Program-made: the position numbers and the translations under genes | Shown: positions 9,143 through 17,825 of the stretch, one piece after another | Position numbering within the stretch: the stretch's first letter is position 1 | Layout of the letters: the number at the start of each line of letters is the position of its first letter | Assembly: GCA_965222375.1 (NCBI GenBank) | Contig: CBDCTZ010000004.1 | Coordinates: 1 to 64,000 of the forward strand | Direction: 5' to 3' | Origin: Polyangiaceae bacterium | GTDB taxonomy: Bacteria; Myxococcota_A; Polyangia; Polyangiales; Polyangiaceae | DNA length: 64,000 nucleotides | Notes under the pieces: model-generated | Database searches by the model: none | The model's input: only the letters and a program-made list of their open reading frames with translations | What the model was told of the DNA's origin: nothing

Positions 9143-9269
9143 CGAACCATATCCTCCGCAGTTCCGCGACTTCCGAGATGCGCTCTTCAAAGCTCAGGCG
9201 CGCCAAATCTTCACGATCGGCAGCTTCCGCCTCTTCAAAGGACGACGCGACTCGAATGATCCGCTCCAT
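9021..9269 (-). CDS. Small acidic protein typically paired upstream of DUF6036-like NTases (antitoxin-like)
   Basis: MERIIRVASSFEEAEAADREDLARLSFEERISEVAELRRIWFG..RLVRVLE; AGGA just upstream; overlaps the NTase 5' end. Confidence 0.6.
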   Translation of the reverse strand: MERIIRVASSFEEAEAADREDLARLSFEERISEVAELRRIWFGESQVRSRLVRVLESADLASRPLRAGRWPRVCRTRRTKTD

Positions 9270-9615
9270 GCTTCCTAATGATCGCGCGTTTCTCTCCCGA
9301 CCGCAACAACAGTGCCTCTCGGTCCTTCCCCGCGCACCGCGATCTTCACCGGTCTGCGAAGATCTCGATCCGGAGCTTGCGAGCGGGCTGAAGTCCTCTA
9401 CATGGAGCCCTAAATTCGAACAGACCCCAAACCCCTCCCGCTTCCTTCCCTCCTCCCACGTTCCAGTGATTCTCTGTGCCCGGACCCCTCGCGTTCGAGC
9501 GCTACGGCCATGGGCACAGGGACGGCGCAACCAGTCTGTGAGCAACTGCCCGCGCATCTCGCGCAGAGCCCGCCACATTTTTCGACCTCGCGCCGCGTCG
9601 GGCTAGGCTCAAGGT

Positions 9616-11040
9616 GTGTTCGCTTCGCGCAATCTCACCGCGCTCTTCGCCCTGGCCGCAGCATGCACCACGTCAGGGTGCAAGGACCGCACGAGCGGCG
9701 CGCCCGCACCGAGCGCAAAGCCCGCCCCGAAGCCGCCCGCGAGCGCTTCAGCCAAGCCGGAGGAAGCGGCGCTGAAGCCCATGCGCCACGTGGTGATCCT
9801 CAGCGTGGATGCACTGCGCGCGGACATGCCTTGGACGGCGTACCCGCGGGACATCGCGCCGAACCTAACGCGCTTGGCCAAAGACAGCGTGGTGTTCACG
9901 AAGGCCTACGCGTTGTCGAGCTACACCAGCATGTCGCTGGCGGGGCTGATGACGGGACGCTTTCCGAGCGAGCTGCCGCGGGACGGGCGCACCACGAGCA
10001 GCTTTGGGCCCGAGCTGAACACGTTGGCGGAGGTGCTCAAGGTCAAGAAATTTCACACCTTGGGGGTGCACGGGCACGTGTACTTCCTAGGGGACACGGG
10101 CATTGCCCAGGGCTTCGACGAATGGCGGGTGGTGCCCAAGATCACGAGCTTGCCAGCGCGGGATGGGCACATCGTCGATGAAAAGCTGGCGGACATTCTG
10201 ATCGACAGCTTGAAGGCGCAAGAAAAGCGCGGCGGCGACTCGCGCTTGTTCGCGTGGGCCCACTTCATGGATCCGCATTACTCCTACGCATTGCACGAGG
10301 GTATTCGCTATCGCGGCTCGGCGTACGATCCGCCGCCGGCCGGCGATGGAGGAACCGATGGCGCAGCCAAAGCGGCGCTCGAGCCCATTCCGCCCGGCGT
10401 GCCCCTGACCAAGATTGGCCAGCGCCTGCGCAACATGTACGACGCCGAGGTGCACTTCACCGACAAGCAGGTCGGCCGCGTGCTCGACTATCTGCGCTCG
10501 CGCCCCTACTACGCCAACACGGCGATCATCGTCACTTCGGATCACGGCGAAGCCTTTGGCGAGCACAAGAGCTACTTCGAGCACGGCTACTACCTGCACG
10601 AAGTGACGACCCGGGTGCCGCTGCTGCTGCGCGTGCCCGGCGTGGCGCATCGGCGGATCGATCAGCGCCGCAGCCACGTCGACTTGGGTCGCACGATCTT
10701 CGAGCTGGTCGGGATCAAGGCGCCCAAGAGCTTCCGCGGCACCAGCTTGGTCGCGGAGATGCAGGGCCTCAAAGCGCCCCCGCGCCCCGTCATCATCGAC
10801 ATGCCCTACACGGACCAAACCCCACGCCGCCGCGCGCTGATCTTGGACGACAAGAAGATCGTCGTCACCGAGACCGAAGAGGTGCCAACGCTCTTCGACT
10901 TGAAGGCTGATCCCGGCGAACGCCGGGATCTCGCCGCCGAAAAACCCAGGCTGCTCGAGACCATGTTCGCGCGCTGGAAAGAACAGAACAAAGCACTCCC
11001 CGACTACCCCGCCCCCCGGCGCAGTAAACGCGGGTACTGA
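9616..11040 (+). CDS. Sulfatase-like (alkaline phosphatase superfamily) lipoprotein
   Basis: Lipoprotein-type signal; VVILSVDALRAD, HFMDPH, YDAEVHFTD, TSDHGEAFGEH, LFDLKADPGE motifs. Confidence 0.85.
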   Translation: MFASRNLTALFALAAACTTSGCKDRTSGAPAPSAKPAPKPPASASAKPEEAALKPMRHVVILSVDALRADMPWTAYPRDIAPNLTRLAKDSVVFTKAYALSSYTSMSLAGLMTGRFPSELPRDGRTTSSFGPELNTLAEVLKVKKFHTLGVHGHVYFLGDTGIAQGFDEWRVVPKITSLPARDGHIVDEKLADILIDSLKAQEKRGGDSRLFAWAHFMDPHYSYALHEGIRYRGSAYDPPPAGDGGTDGAAKAALEPIPPGVPLTKIGQRLRNMYDAEVHFTDKQVGRVLDYLRSRPYYANTAIIVTSDHGEAFGEHKSYFEHGYYLHEVTTRVPLLLRVPGVAHRRIDQRRSHVDLGRTIFELVGIKAPKSFRGTSLVAEMQGLKAPPRPVIIDMPYTDQTPRRRALILDDKKIVVTETEEVPTLFDLKADPGERRDLAAEKPRLLETMFARWKEQNKALPDYPAPRRSKRGY

Positions 11041-11051
11041 AACGCAGACGC

Positions 11052-11084
11052 AAAAAAGCCCAGGCACCTCGCGGCACCCGGGCT
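11052..11084 (-). terminator. Rho-independent terminator of rpsB-tsf
   Basis: Minus strand AGCCCGGGTGCC-GCGA-GGTGCCTGGGCT then a T-run: 12-bp stem with G-U pairs and a GNRA loop. Confidence 0.85.
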
Positions 11085-11168
11085 CTCGTGCGAACCGGAC
11101 ATGTCTATTACCGCGGCTCGTGGAGGGACCCGATACGCTGACGCGCCCCTACGCGGATTTGGGACACT

Positions 11169-12098
11169 TCAGTTGCCGGCCATCTTCGCGACCTCGGTCG
11201 CAAAGTCGTCGCCTTGCGGCTTTTCGATGCCCTCACCGAGGCTGAAGCGGACGAACTTGTCGACCACCACCTCCGTGCCGAGGCTCCTGGCGAGCTCGGC
11301 GCGGATTTGCTCCACGGTCTTGTCGGACTCCAGCACGCTGTGCTGCTCGATCAGGCAGATCTCCTTCATCCACTTGGCGAGCTTGCCCTCGATGATCTTG
11401 GGGCGCACCGCATCGGGCTTGCCCTCTTCGACCAACTGGGCGTCGAAGATTTCCGACTGCTTCTTCTTGTCCGCCTCGGGCACCTCGGCCTTGGTCAGAC
11501 ACAGCGGCGACATCGCGGCGGCCTGCATGGCTACGTCGTCGACGAACTTGAGGAACTCGTCGCTGCCAGCAGCGGCATCCGTGCCCGCCTTGACCGTGAG
11601 CAACACGCCGATCTTGCCGCCCATGTGCACGTAGCTGTGCACGCGACCGGGCTCGGCCAGGTCGAAGCGGTGCCAGCGGCGCACGGTGATGTTCTCACCC
11701 AGCTTGCCGACGAGGGCTTTGCGGTTGTCTTCGATGCTGCCGCTGCCACCCGGGAAGGGCTCAGCGGTCAGATCCGCGCCCTCTTTGGCCTTGGAAGCAG
11801 CCTCGACGACCTTGCCCACGAAGGCCTTGAAGTCGTCGTTGCGAGCCGCGAAGTCCGTTTGGATGTTCACCTCGACCAGCACGGCGCTCTTGCCGTCGGC
11901 GGCGACCTGCGCGCGGACTTCGCCTTCAGCGGCCACGGCACCAGCGCGCTTCGCGCTCTTGGCCAGACCCTTCTTCAGGATGATGTCCACGGCCTGATCC
12001 ATGTTGCCGTCGGACTCCATCAAAGCGGTCCGACAGTCGTTCAGACCGGCCTGGGTGCGGTCCCTGAGTTCTTTGACTTGCTGCATGCTCACAGCCAT
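11169..12098 (-). CDS. tsf: Translation elongation factor Ts
   Basis: VKELRDRTQAGLNDC, AAEG, EVNIQTDFAARND, RFSLGEGIEK; AAGGAG SD; follows rpsB. Confidence 0.97.
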   Translation of the reverse strand: MAVSMQQVKELRDRTQAGLNDCRTALMESDGNMDQAVDIILKKGLAKSAKRAGAVAAEGEVRAQVAADGKSAVLVEVNIQTDFAARNDDFKAFVGKVVEAASKAKEGADLTAEPFPGGSGSIEDNRKALVGKLGENITVRRWHRFDLAEPGRVHSYVHMGGKIGVLLTVKAGTDAAAGSDEFLKFVDDVAMQAAAMSPLCLTKAEVPEADKKKQSEIFDAQLVEEGKPDAVRPKIIEGKLAKWMKEICLIEQHSVLESDKTVEQIRAELARSLGTEVVVDKFVRFSLGEGIEKPQGDDFATEVAKMAGN

Positions 12099-12239
12099 GG
12101 CGTTGCTCCTTCTTCAATCTCAGCCTCGCCAACTCCCGGGGGAACTGGCGGGCACTTCCAAACTAAGTCTTTGTATGCCTCGTCACCTCGCGGCGACGGC
12201 GGAGGCGCCGCGCACCCCCGAAATGTCGAGCGGATCGGC

Positions 12240-13178
12240 TCAGGTCTCGGCGCCACGGGGGCGCGAGTAGATGACCTGGGCGTCGGGGCCGCTGCTCTGC
12301 TGGGCCTCGCGCTCCCGCGCGGGTGCTTGATCCCGACGCCGGGCAGCTCCGTGCAGGCAGGCATCCGCCACGGCACCGGTGATGAGCCGGATGGACCGAA
12401 TGGCGTCGTCGTTGCCCGGGATCACGTAGTCGATTTGATCCGGATCGCAGTTCGTATCCGTGATGGCGACTATCGGGATCTTGAGCTTGCGAGCCTCGTT
12501 CACCGCGATGGCCTCTTGGGCGGGATCGATGATGAAGATGGCCGCCGGCACCGTCGACAGGCCTTTTAGGCCGCCGATGTACTTCTCGTGGCGGGCGCGC
12601 TCCTTGTCGAGCTTGACGGTTTCCTTCTTCGGGATCTGCTCGTAGGTGCCGTCTTCGCGCATGCGCTCGAGGTTACGCAGCCGCTCCAGGCCGCCCTTGA
12701 TGGTGCGGAAGTTAGTCAACGTGCCGCCGAGCCAACGGTTGGTCACGAAGTACTGACTGGCGCGACGGGCCTCTTCTTCGACGATGGTCGCCGCCTGGCG
12801 CTTGGTGCCCACGAAGAGCACGTGCCCACCGCGAGACACCGTGTCCGCGAGGAAGTCGAAAGCGCGCTTGAACAGACGCGAGGTCTGATCCAAGTCGATG
12901 ATGTGAATGCCGCTGCGCGCGCCGTAGATGTACTGGCGCATCTTCGGGTTCCAGCGTTTGGTCTGGTGGCCGAAGTGGGTGCCTGCTTCGAACAGGTCCC
13001 GAACGGGCAAGGGATTCTCATTGTCCCGCGGAGGCGTGGTTTCGCTCTCGGCTTGGGCGCGCTCTGCAGCTAGCACGGCGGTGCGGGGCACTGCGGTAGC
13101 GGTAACCGAGGGCGTCGACTCGCCATTGTCGGGACTCGGGGCGGTGTTTTCAGTGGTCGTTTCGTTTACTTCGGTCAT
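12240..13178 (-). CDS. rpsB: 30S ribosomal protein S2 with long N-terminal extension
   Basis: [49 protein letters not shown] 13178 preceded by GAGG. Confidence 0.97.
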   Translation of the reverse strand: MTEVNETTTENTAPSPDNGESTPSVTATAVPRTAVLAAERAQAESETTPPRDNENPLPVRDLFEAGTHFGHQTKRWNPKMRQYIYGARSGIHIIDLDQTSRLFKRAFDFLADTVSRGGHVLFVGTKRQAATIVEEEARRASQYFVTNRWLGGTLTNFRTIKGGLERLRNLERMREDGTYEQIPKKETVKLDKERARHEKYIGGLKGLSTVPAAIFIIDPAQEAIAVNEARKLKIPIVAITDTNCDPDQIDYVIPGNDDAIRSIRLITGAVADACLHGAARRRDQAPAREREAQQSSGPDAQVIYSRPRGAET

Positions 13179-13196
13179 AACGCGTTCGTCCTCATT

Positions 13197-13276
13197 GGGT
13201 TGTTTCCTCCACCCCGCCAACAGGCGACCTCGAAGAAGAGGCACCGAGCCGTGTTGGTTGCGCTCGGGGTGTGTGT
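13197..13276 (-). ncRNA. rpsB 5' leader (t44 / S2-leader-like cis-regulatory RNA)
   Basis: Minus strand ACACACACCCCG...GGTGCC...GGTCG...CGGGGTGGAGG..AACCC; nested stems CACCCCG/CGGGGTG, CCAACA/TGTTGG, CCTC/GAGG; matches the t44 pattern as I recall it. Confidence 0.75.
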
Positions 13277-13320
13277 TTTGGTTGTCCGCGGAGCCAGCCC
13301 CCGCGGTTCAAGGGGCGCGA

Positions 13321-13349
13321 AACCTAGGCCAAAAGTGGTCCCTGGACAA
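13321..13349 (-). promoter_or_regulatory. Sigma-70-type promoter of rpsB
   Basis: TTGTCC-17 nt-TAGGTT upstream of the leader. Confidence 0.65.
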
Positions 13350-13369
13350 GGGCTGGCCCCGTTTTGGCG

Positions 13370-15277
13370 TCACAGCCCACTGGAGGGCAGCACGGCCTCG
13401 GGGGGCTTCTTCGGGGCGGCAGCAGGAGCGGGACTGGGCCGAGGCTTTTTCTCTTGGGATTTTAGGGACTTGGCGGCTTTGTGCTCATCGCTGACGGGCT
13501 TAGTCCGGGGTTTCGCCGGGGGCGAGGCGGGCTCGGCCTTGGCCACCGGAGGCGCCGCGGCGGGTTCGGGCTCCGGCTTCGGCGCGGGCTTGGCCGCGGA
13601 GGTCGCGGGCTCGGCAGGGGTGGGCGTCGTCGCCGGCTCCGGGCCCTGGGCGGCCGCGGCCGGGCTGCTCGCAGCCTCGTCAGCCGGTGCACTCGCTTCC
13701 GGAGCATCGGCACGGGCGAAGAACACGACCGCCAACACCACGCCGCAGATCGACAGCAGAGCCGCAGCGGCCAAGAGCGAGAGCCAGCGGCGCGCCGAGC
13801 GACCAGCGGAGCTTGCCTGCATCATCTCGACAGGCGGCGGCGTTTCCGCATTGTCGGCGGAGGCCATCGTGGCGAGGGGCACCGAAGTGCGCGTGGGCAG
13901 CTCGGAGTTGCCAACCGGTGAAGGCGAGTCGAGATCGCCAAACTCTTGGGTGCGCTCCCGCTCGGACTTGGGCGCGCCGTCATGGGGTGACGTCGCCTCC
14001 GCCAAGGTTCGATCCACGCTGGGGGGGCTTGGCAGCGGCTCGTGCATCGCGGGTTCGCCGGGTGTGGTGGCCGACGCGCTCATCGCACTTTCCCCGTCTG
14101 CCACTCTGCCGGCAGTCGTCGCACTCGCCTGGTCCACCGAGAACGGCGAGTGCGAATCCCGCACCGTCTCGACGGACGCGGTGACTTCTCCGGAGGGCCG
14201 GATGATCAACGTCGAGCCCGAGCCGCTGGGAGTCACCTGCGCGGGCGTCGTGTGAGCGTTTTCCAACTCGCTCCGGCCGGCGTCAGGTTGTGGCAACACG
14301 TCCGTCGGCTGACTCGCACTCGGGAGAGGAGCCGTCTTGGCGGCGCTGGGGGCGAGCTTCGGCGACGCGTTTTCTTTGGTCGCGGCGTGGTAGTGAGCCG
14401 CCGGTGTGGGTGCAGCCGTGCTGACGGTTTGCCAACGTTTTCCAAGACCTCTGAGGATCGCCGCAACTTGACAGGCGCTGGCTGGCCGCTCCGAGGGCAC
14501 CTTGCGCAACAAACTCTGCACCAGATCGTCCAGCTCCGAGCCGACCTCGGGCACCCGCGCGCTGATGCGCGGTGGTTGGTGGGTCAAGTGGGCAAGCAGC
14601 ATCTCCGGCGGATCAGCGCTGTCGTCGAAGGGGCCCGTGCCCGTGAGCATTTCGTAGATGAGCAAACCAACGGCGTAGAGGTCAGCACGGCCGTCCACGC
14701 TATCGCCCCGGGCTTGCTCGGGAGACATGTAGCGCGGTGTGCCAATGGCCATGCCCCGCGCCGTGATCACCTCGACACTGGAGTCGAGCAGTTTCGCGAT
14801 CCCAAAGTCGAGCAACTTCACCCCGCCGCCTCGGAGCAGGTAGATGTTGGGCGGCTTGATATCCCGATGCACGATGCCGATATCGTGTGCGGCGCCGAGG
14901 CCCTCGGAGACCGCGGAGGCGATGGGCAATGCATCGCGAATGCTCAGCCGACCCACTCGACGTAGTCGATCCGCAAGGGTTTCACCTTCTGCGCGCTCCA
15001 TGACGTAGAAGTGCACGCCGTTGTCACTGGTACCGGCGTCGGTGACGTTGATGATGTTCGGGTGATCCAGGCGCCCCAGGGCGCGCCACTCGGTCCGAAG
15101 GCGTGCCACGAGATCTCTACGCCCCGCTAGCTCTCGAAACAGCGCCTTGAGCACGAAGCGTTTGCCCAACTCGACGTGCTCGACCTCGTACACGCTGCCC
15201 ATGCCGCCCTCGCCGAGCAGCTTCAGAACGCGATAACGCGCCCCCGGAACCAGCTGACCATCGGCAAACTCGCGCAT
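13370..15277 (-). CDS. Membrane-anchored Hanks-type Ser/Thr protein kinase
   Basis: LGEGGMGSVY, HRDIKPPN, DFGIAK, GTPRYMSPEQ; long Pro/Ser/Thr linker, one TM, Pro-rich C-terminus. Start moved to ATG 15277. Confidence 0.93.
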   Translation of the reverse strand: MREFADGQLVPGARYRVLKLLGEGGMGSVYEVEHVELGKRFVLKALFRELAGRRDLVARLRTEWRALGRLDHPNIINVTDAGTSDNGVHFYVMERAEGETLADRLRRVGRLSIRDALPIASAVSEGLGAAHDIGIVHRDIKPPNIYLLRGGGVKLLDFGIAKLLDSSVEVITARGMAIGTPRYMSPEQARGDSVDGRADLYAVGLLIYEMLTGTGPFDDSADPPEMLLAHLTHQPPRISARVPEVGSELDDLVQSLLRKVPSERPASACQVAAILRGLGKRWQTVSTAAPTPAAHYHAATKENASPKLAPSAAKTAPLPSASQPTDVLPQPDAGRSELENAHTTPAQVTPSGSGSTLIIRPSGEVTASVETVRDSHSPFSVDQASATTAGRVADGESAMSASATTPGEPAMHEPLPSPPSVDRTLAEATSPHDGAPKSERERTQEFGDLDSPSPVGNSELPTRTSVPLATMASADNAETPPPVEMMQASSAGRSARRWLSLLAAAALLSICGVVLAVVFFARADAPEASAPADEAASSPAAAAQGPEPATTPTPAEPATSAAKPAPKPEPEPAAAPPVAKAEPASPPAKPRTKPVSDEHKAAKSLKSQEKKPRPSPAPAAAPKKPPEAVLPSSGL

Positions 15278-15426
15278 GTTTCGCTTCTCGCCCGCGGAGA
15301 GCAGCGTGCGGCTGCCTCGGAACAACACCACCGATGATATCGGCCCGGAAGCATCTGGTCGAGCTGGTGCGTTATTGCCCACAGAAGAACCCATCGGCCA
15401 CGGGCTGGGACGATTGCGCGAAAAAA

Positions 15427-16848
15427 TCAGAGATCTGTGGACCGTTCGGCCTCGTGCACGCTTTGGGCGATGCCGGCGCCTGTGGCCTTCGGCAGCAATA
15501 GAATCCCCAGGCCCACGCCCAGCACGCCAGCCGCCAAGGACCCCACCAACACGGCCACCTTGGCGACCCCGAGGGCGGCTGCATCCACGAAGGCCAACTG
15601 GGCGATGAACAGCGCCATGGTGAAGCCGATTCCACCGACGGCACCCACCACCGCCAGGCCTCGCACATCGACTCCTCGGGGTAGCGACGCTAGCCCTAGT
15701 TTCACCGCCACCATGCTGAATGCGACGATTCCCAGGGGCTTGCCGAGCGCTAGCCCCAAACCGATGCCCACGGCGGTTGCCGTGGCGCCGACAGCACTCA
15801 TGTCCACCGCGTCCAGTGTGACGCCGGCGTTGGCCAAGGCGAAGATCGGCATGATGCCGTAAGCGACCCAGGGGTGCAGTGCCGCTTCTAGCCGCACCAC
15901 CGGCGCCACAGCTTCGCGGCGCGCGACTTCGATTCGGTCCAGGGGCAGCAGCAACGAATGCGCGTCTTGGTTCTTGTCGGAGCGCAGCTCGAACTCCCTG
16001 AGGGCGTCCCCCGCCTCGTTGATGAATCCTCGCTGCCCAAACCAGGAACGAACAGGGGTGAGCAACCCCATCATCACCCCGGCAATCGTGGGGTGAATGC
16101 CCGCGGTCAGCATACCGGCCCAGACCACCACGCCGGGCAGCACGTAGACCAAGGGCTGACGAACGCCCACCCGCTGCAACGCGTAGGCTCCGGCGACTCC
16201 TCCAGCAGCGATGGCGAGACCGATGAGCTGAATGCCAGAAGAGTAGAAGATCGCGATCACCAGAATCGCGCCGATGTCGTCGATGATCGCCAGGGCCAGC
16301 AGGAGCACTCGCAAAGCAGCGGGCACCCGCGGGCCCAGCAGGGTCAGGATCCCAACCGCAAAGGCGATGTCCGTCGCCATGGGCACGCCCCAACCTCGCT
16401 GGGACGGCGCGCCGAGGTTGAAGGCCAAATACAGCCCCGCTGGAACCAGCATGCCCCCGATGGCGGCGCTGATGGGAAGGGCCGCGCGTTTGAGCTCGCT
16501 CAACTCCCCTTGATGCATTTCGCGTCGAATTTCGAGGCCGACGACGAAGAAGAAGATCACCATCAAGCCATCGTTGATCCAGAAATGCACCGACTGCCGA
16601 AACACGAACTCACCCACTCCGAACACGACCGGCGCATGCCACAAGTGGTGGTAGCTTTCTTTCCACGGGGAGTTGGCCCAGACCATGGCCACGACCGCCG
16701 CGATGAGCAGGATGATCCCACTCGCGGCCTGAATGCTCAGGAAACGCTCGATGGGGCGAACCAGCGCGAGCGCAGCCTGCCGTGCCGGCTCCCAGGTCTC
16801 CGGGGGCGGTTGCTCGACTTTCACCGGTGCGACAGAAGGAGAACCCAT
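15427..16848 (-). CDS. nhaA: Na+/H+ antiporter NhaA
   Basis: [50 protein letters not shown]. Confidence 0.95.
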   Translation of the reverse strand: MGSPSVAPVKVEQPPPETWEPARQAALALVRPIERFLSIQAASGIILLIAAVVAMVWANSPWKESYHHLWHAPVVFGVGEFVFRQSVHFWINDGLMVIFFFVVGLEIRREMHQGELSELKRAALPISAAIGGMLVPAGLYLAFNLGAPSQRGWGVPMATDIAFAVGILTLLGPRVPAALRVLLLALAIIDDIGAILVIAIFYSSGIQLIGLAIAAGGVAGAYALQRVGVRQPLVYVLPGVVVWAGMLTAGIHPTIAGVMMGLLTPVRSWFGQRGFINEAGDALREFELRSDKNQDAHSLLLPLDRIEVARREAVAPVVRLEAALHPWVAYGIMPIFALANAGVTLDAVDMSAVGATATAVGIGLGLALGKPLGIVAFSMVAVKLGLASLPRGVDVRGLAVVGAVGGIGFTMALFIAQLAFVDAAALGVAKVAVLVGSLAAGVLGVGLGILLLPKATGAGIAQSVHEAERSTDL

Positions 16849-16914
16849 GAACTTACATCAGCGCCGCAAGCGCAAGTTGACTTGGTATTAGTTCAGCGCA
16901 ACCGCAAGGGGTCG

Positions 16915-17370
16915 CTAGACCAGAATGCCCAGGAACATCAGCACCACGCCGACCGCGCTGAGCAGGAGGTTGAGCACACCGAGGATCAGTCCAGCCATGG
17001 CAATGCCGTAGCCGCCCACCGCCGCGTCTGCTTTCGCAGCACGCATGCCCATGAACCCCGCAATGATCGCAGCTATTCCGGTCAAGGGTCCCAGGCAGAG
17101 CAGAAGTCCGCACACCAACGCGAGCACCGCGGCGGTACTCGCTGGCGGGTTCTCGCCCTTGGGCAGCCCCGTGGCGGGATCGATCGTCATTTGATGCATC
17201 GCGATCGTCTGCTTGCCGCCGGTGATGGGCTTGCCACCGGGGGGACCGCCGGGGGGCGCGAATCCACCGCCACCGGGTGCGAATCCACCACCACCGGGCG
17301 GTGCGCCGGGAGGCCCGAAACCACCGCCACCGTACGGACCGCCGGGTGGGTAGCCACCACCCTGCGCCAT
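16915..17370 (-). CDS. DUF4190-like membrane protein with Gly/Pro-rich N-terminus
   Basis: AVLALVCGLLLCLGPLTGIAAIIAG..GGYGIAMAGLILG; start uncertain (17370 or 17400). Confidence 0.75.
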   Translation of the reverse strand: MAQGGGYPPGGPYGGGGFGPPGAPPGGGGFAPGGGGFAPPGGPPGGKPITGGKQTIAMHQMTIDPATGLPKGENPPASTAAVLALVCGLLLCLGPLTGIAAIIAGFMGMRAAKADAAVGGYGIAMAGLILGVLNLLLSAVGVVLMFLGILV

Positions 17371-17531
17371 CTGCAACGACGTGTCCGTTTCGCTGAGCAT
17401 CGCCCCCCTTGTACCAAGGTCCGCGCGCCCTGGCACCCGCAAGCGCATCGATTCGAGCCGGAGCCAGAATTTCCGGGGGCACGCAAGCCCGGCTAGCGAA
17501 CCCTCGGGTCCTGAACTAGGTTGCCGGACTC

Positions 17532-17825
17532 ATGAGCATCACCCGGCAGAACGTGGAGCACATGGCCCGCCTGGCCCGGCTGGAGCTGACCGAATCGGAC
17601 TGCGAGCAGCTTCGACAGCAGCTCGAATCCATCGTGGGCTACGTCGCCGAGCTTTCGTTCGTAGACACGGAGCACATTGCCCCGGATATGCCCCGTGCGG
17701 AGGCTGAGGCTGCCGTCCGCGAGGACCGCGTCTTGCCCGGATTGACCACCGAGGCGGCCCTCGAGCAGGCGCCCGAACGCACCGACGACAGCTTCAGCGT
17801 CCCAGCATTCGTAGACGAAGGATGA
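17532..17825 (+). CDS. gatC: Asp/Glu-tRNA amidotransferase subunit C
   Basis: ITRQNVEHMARLARLEL, REDRV, FSVP; overlaps gatA start. Confidence 0.92.
   Translation: MSITRQNVEHMARLARLELTESDCEQLRQQLESIVGYVAELSFVDTEHIAPDMPRAEAEAAVREDRVLPGLTTEAALEQAPERTDDSFSVPAFVDEG

Noticed and set aside
9421..9470. Pyrimidine-rich tract (and purine-rich tract at 34893-34930) as a REP-like repeat family
   Set aside because: Only a short GGGAAG/GGAGGGAA resemblance; no alignable unit or clear hairpin.
11214..12569. Long antisense ORFs (also 15958-17496, 10087-11067, 38646-39809 and others)
   Set aside because: Expected shadows of high-GC3 genes on the opposite strand; no motifs.
13370..16393. 1007-aa ORF as one protein
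   Set aside because: The first 372 codons largely overlap nhaA in another frame and read as shadow sequence; the kinase starts at 15277.
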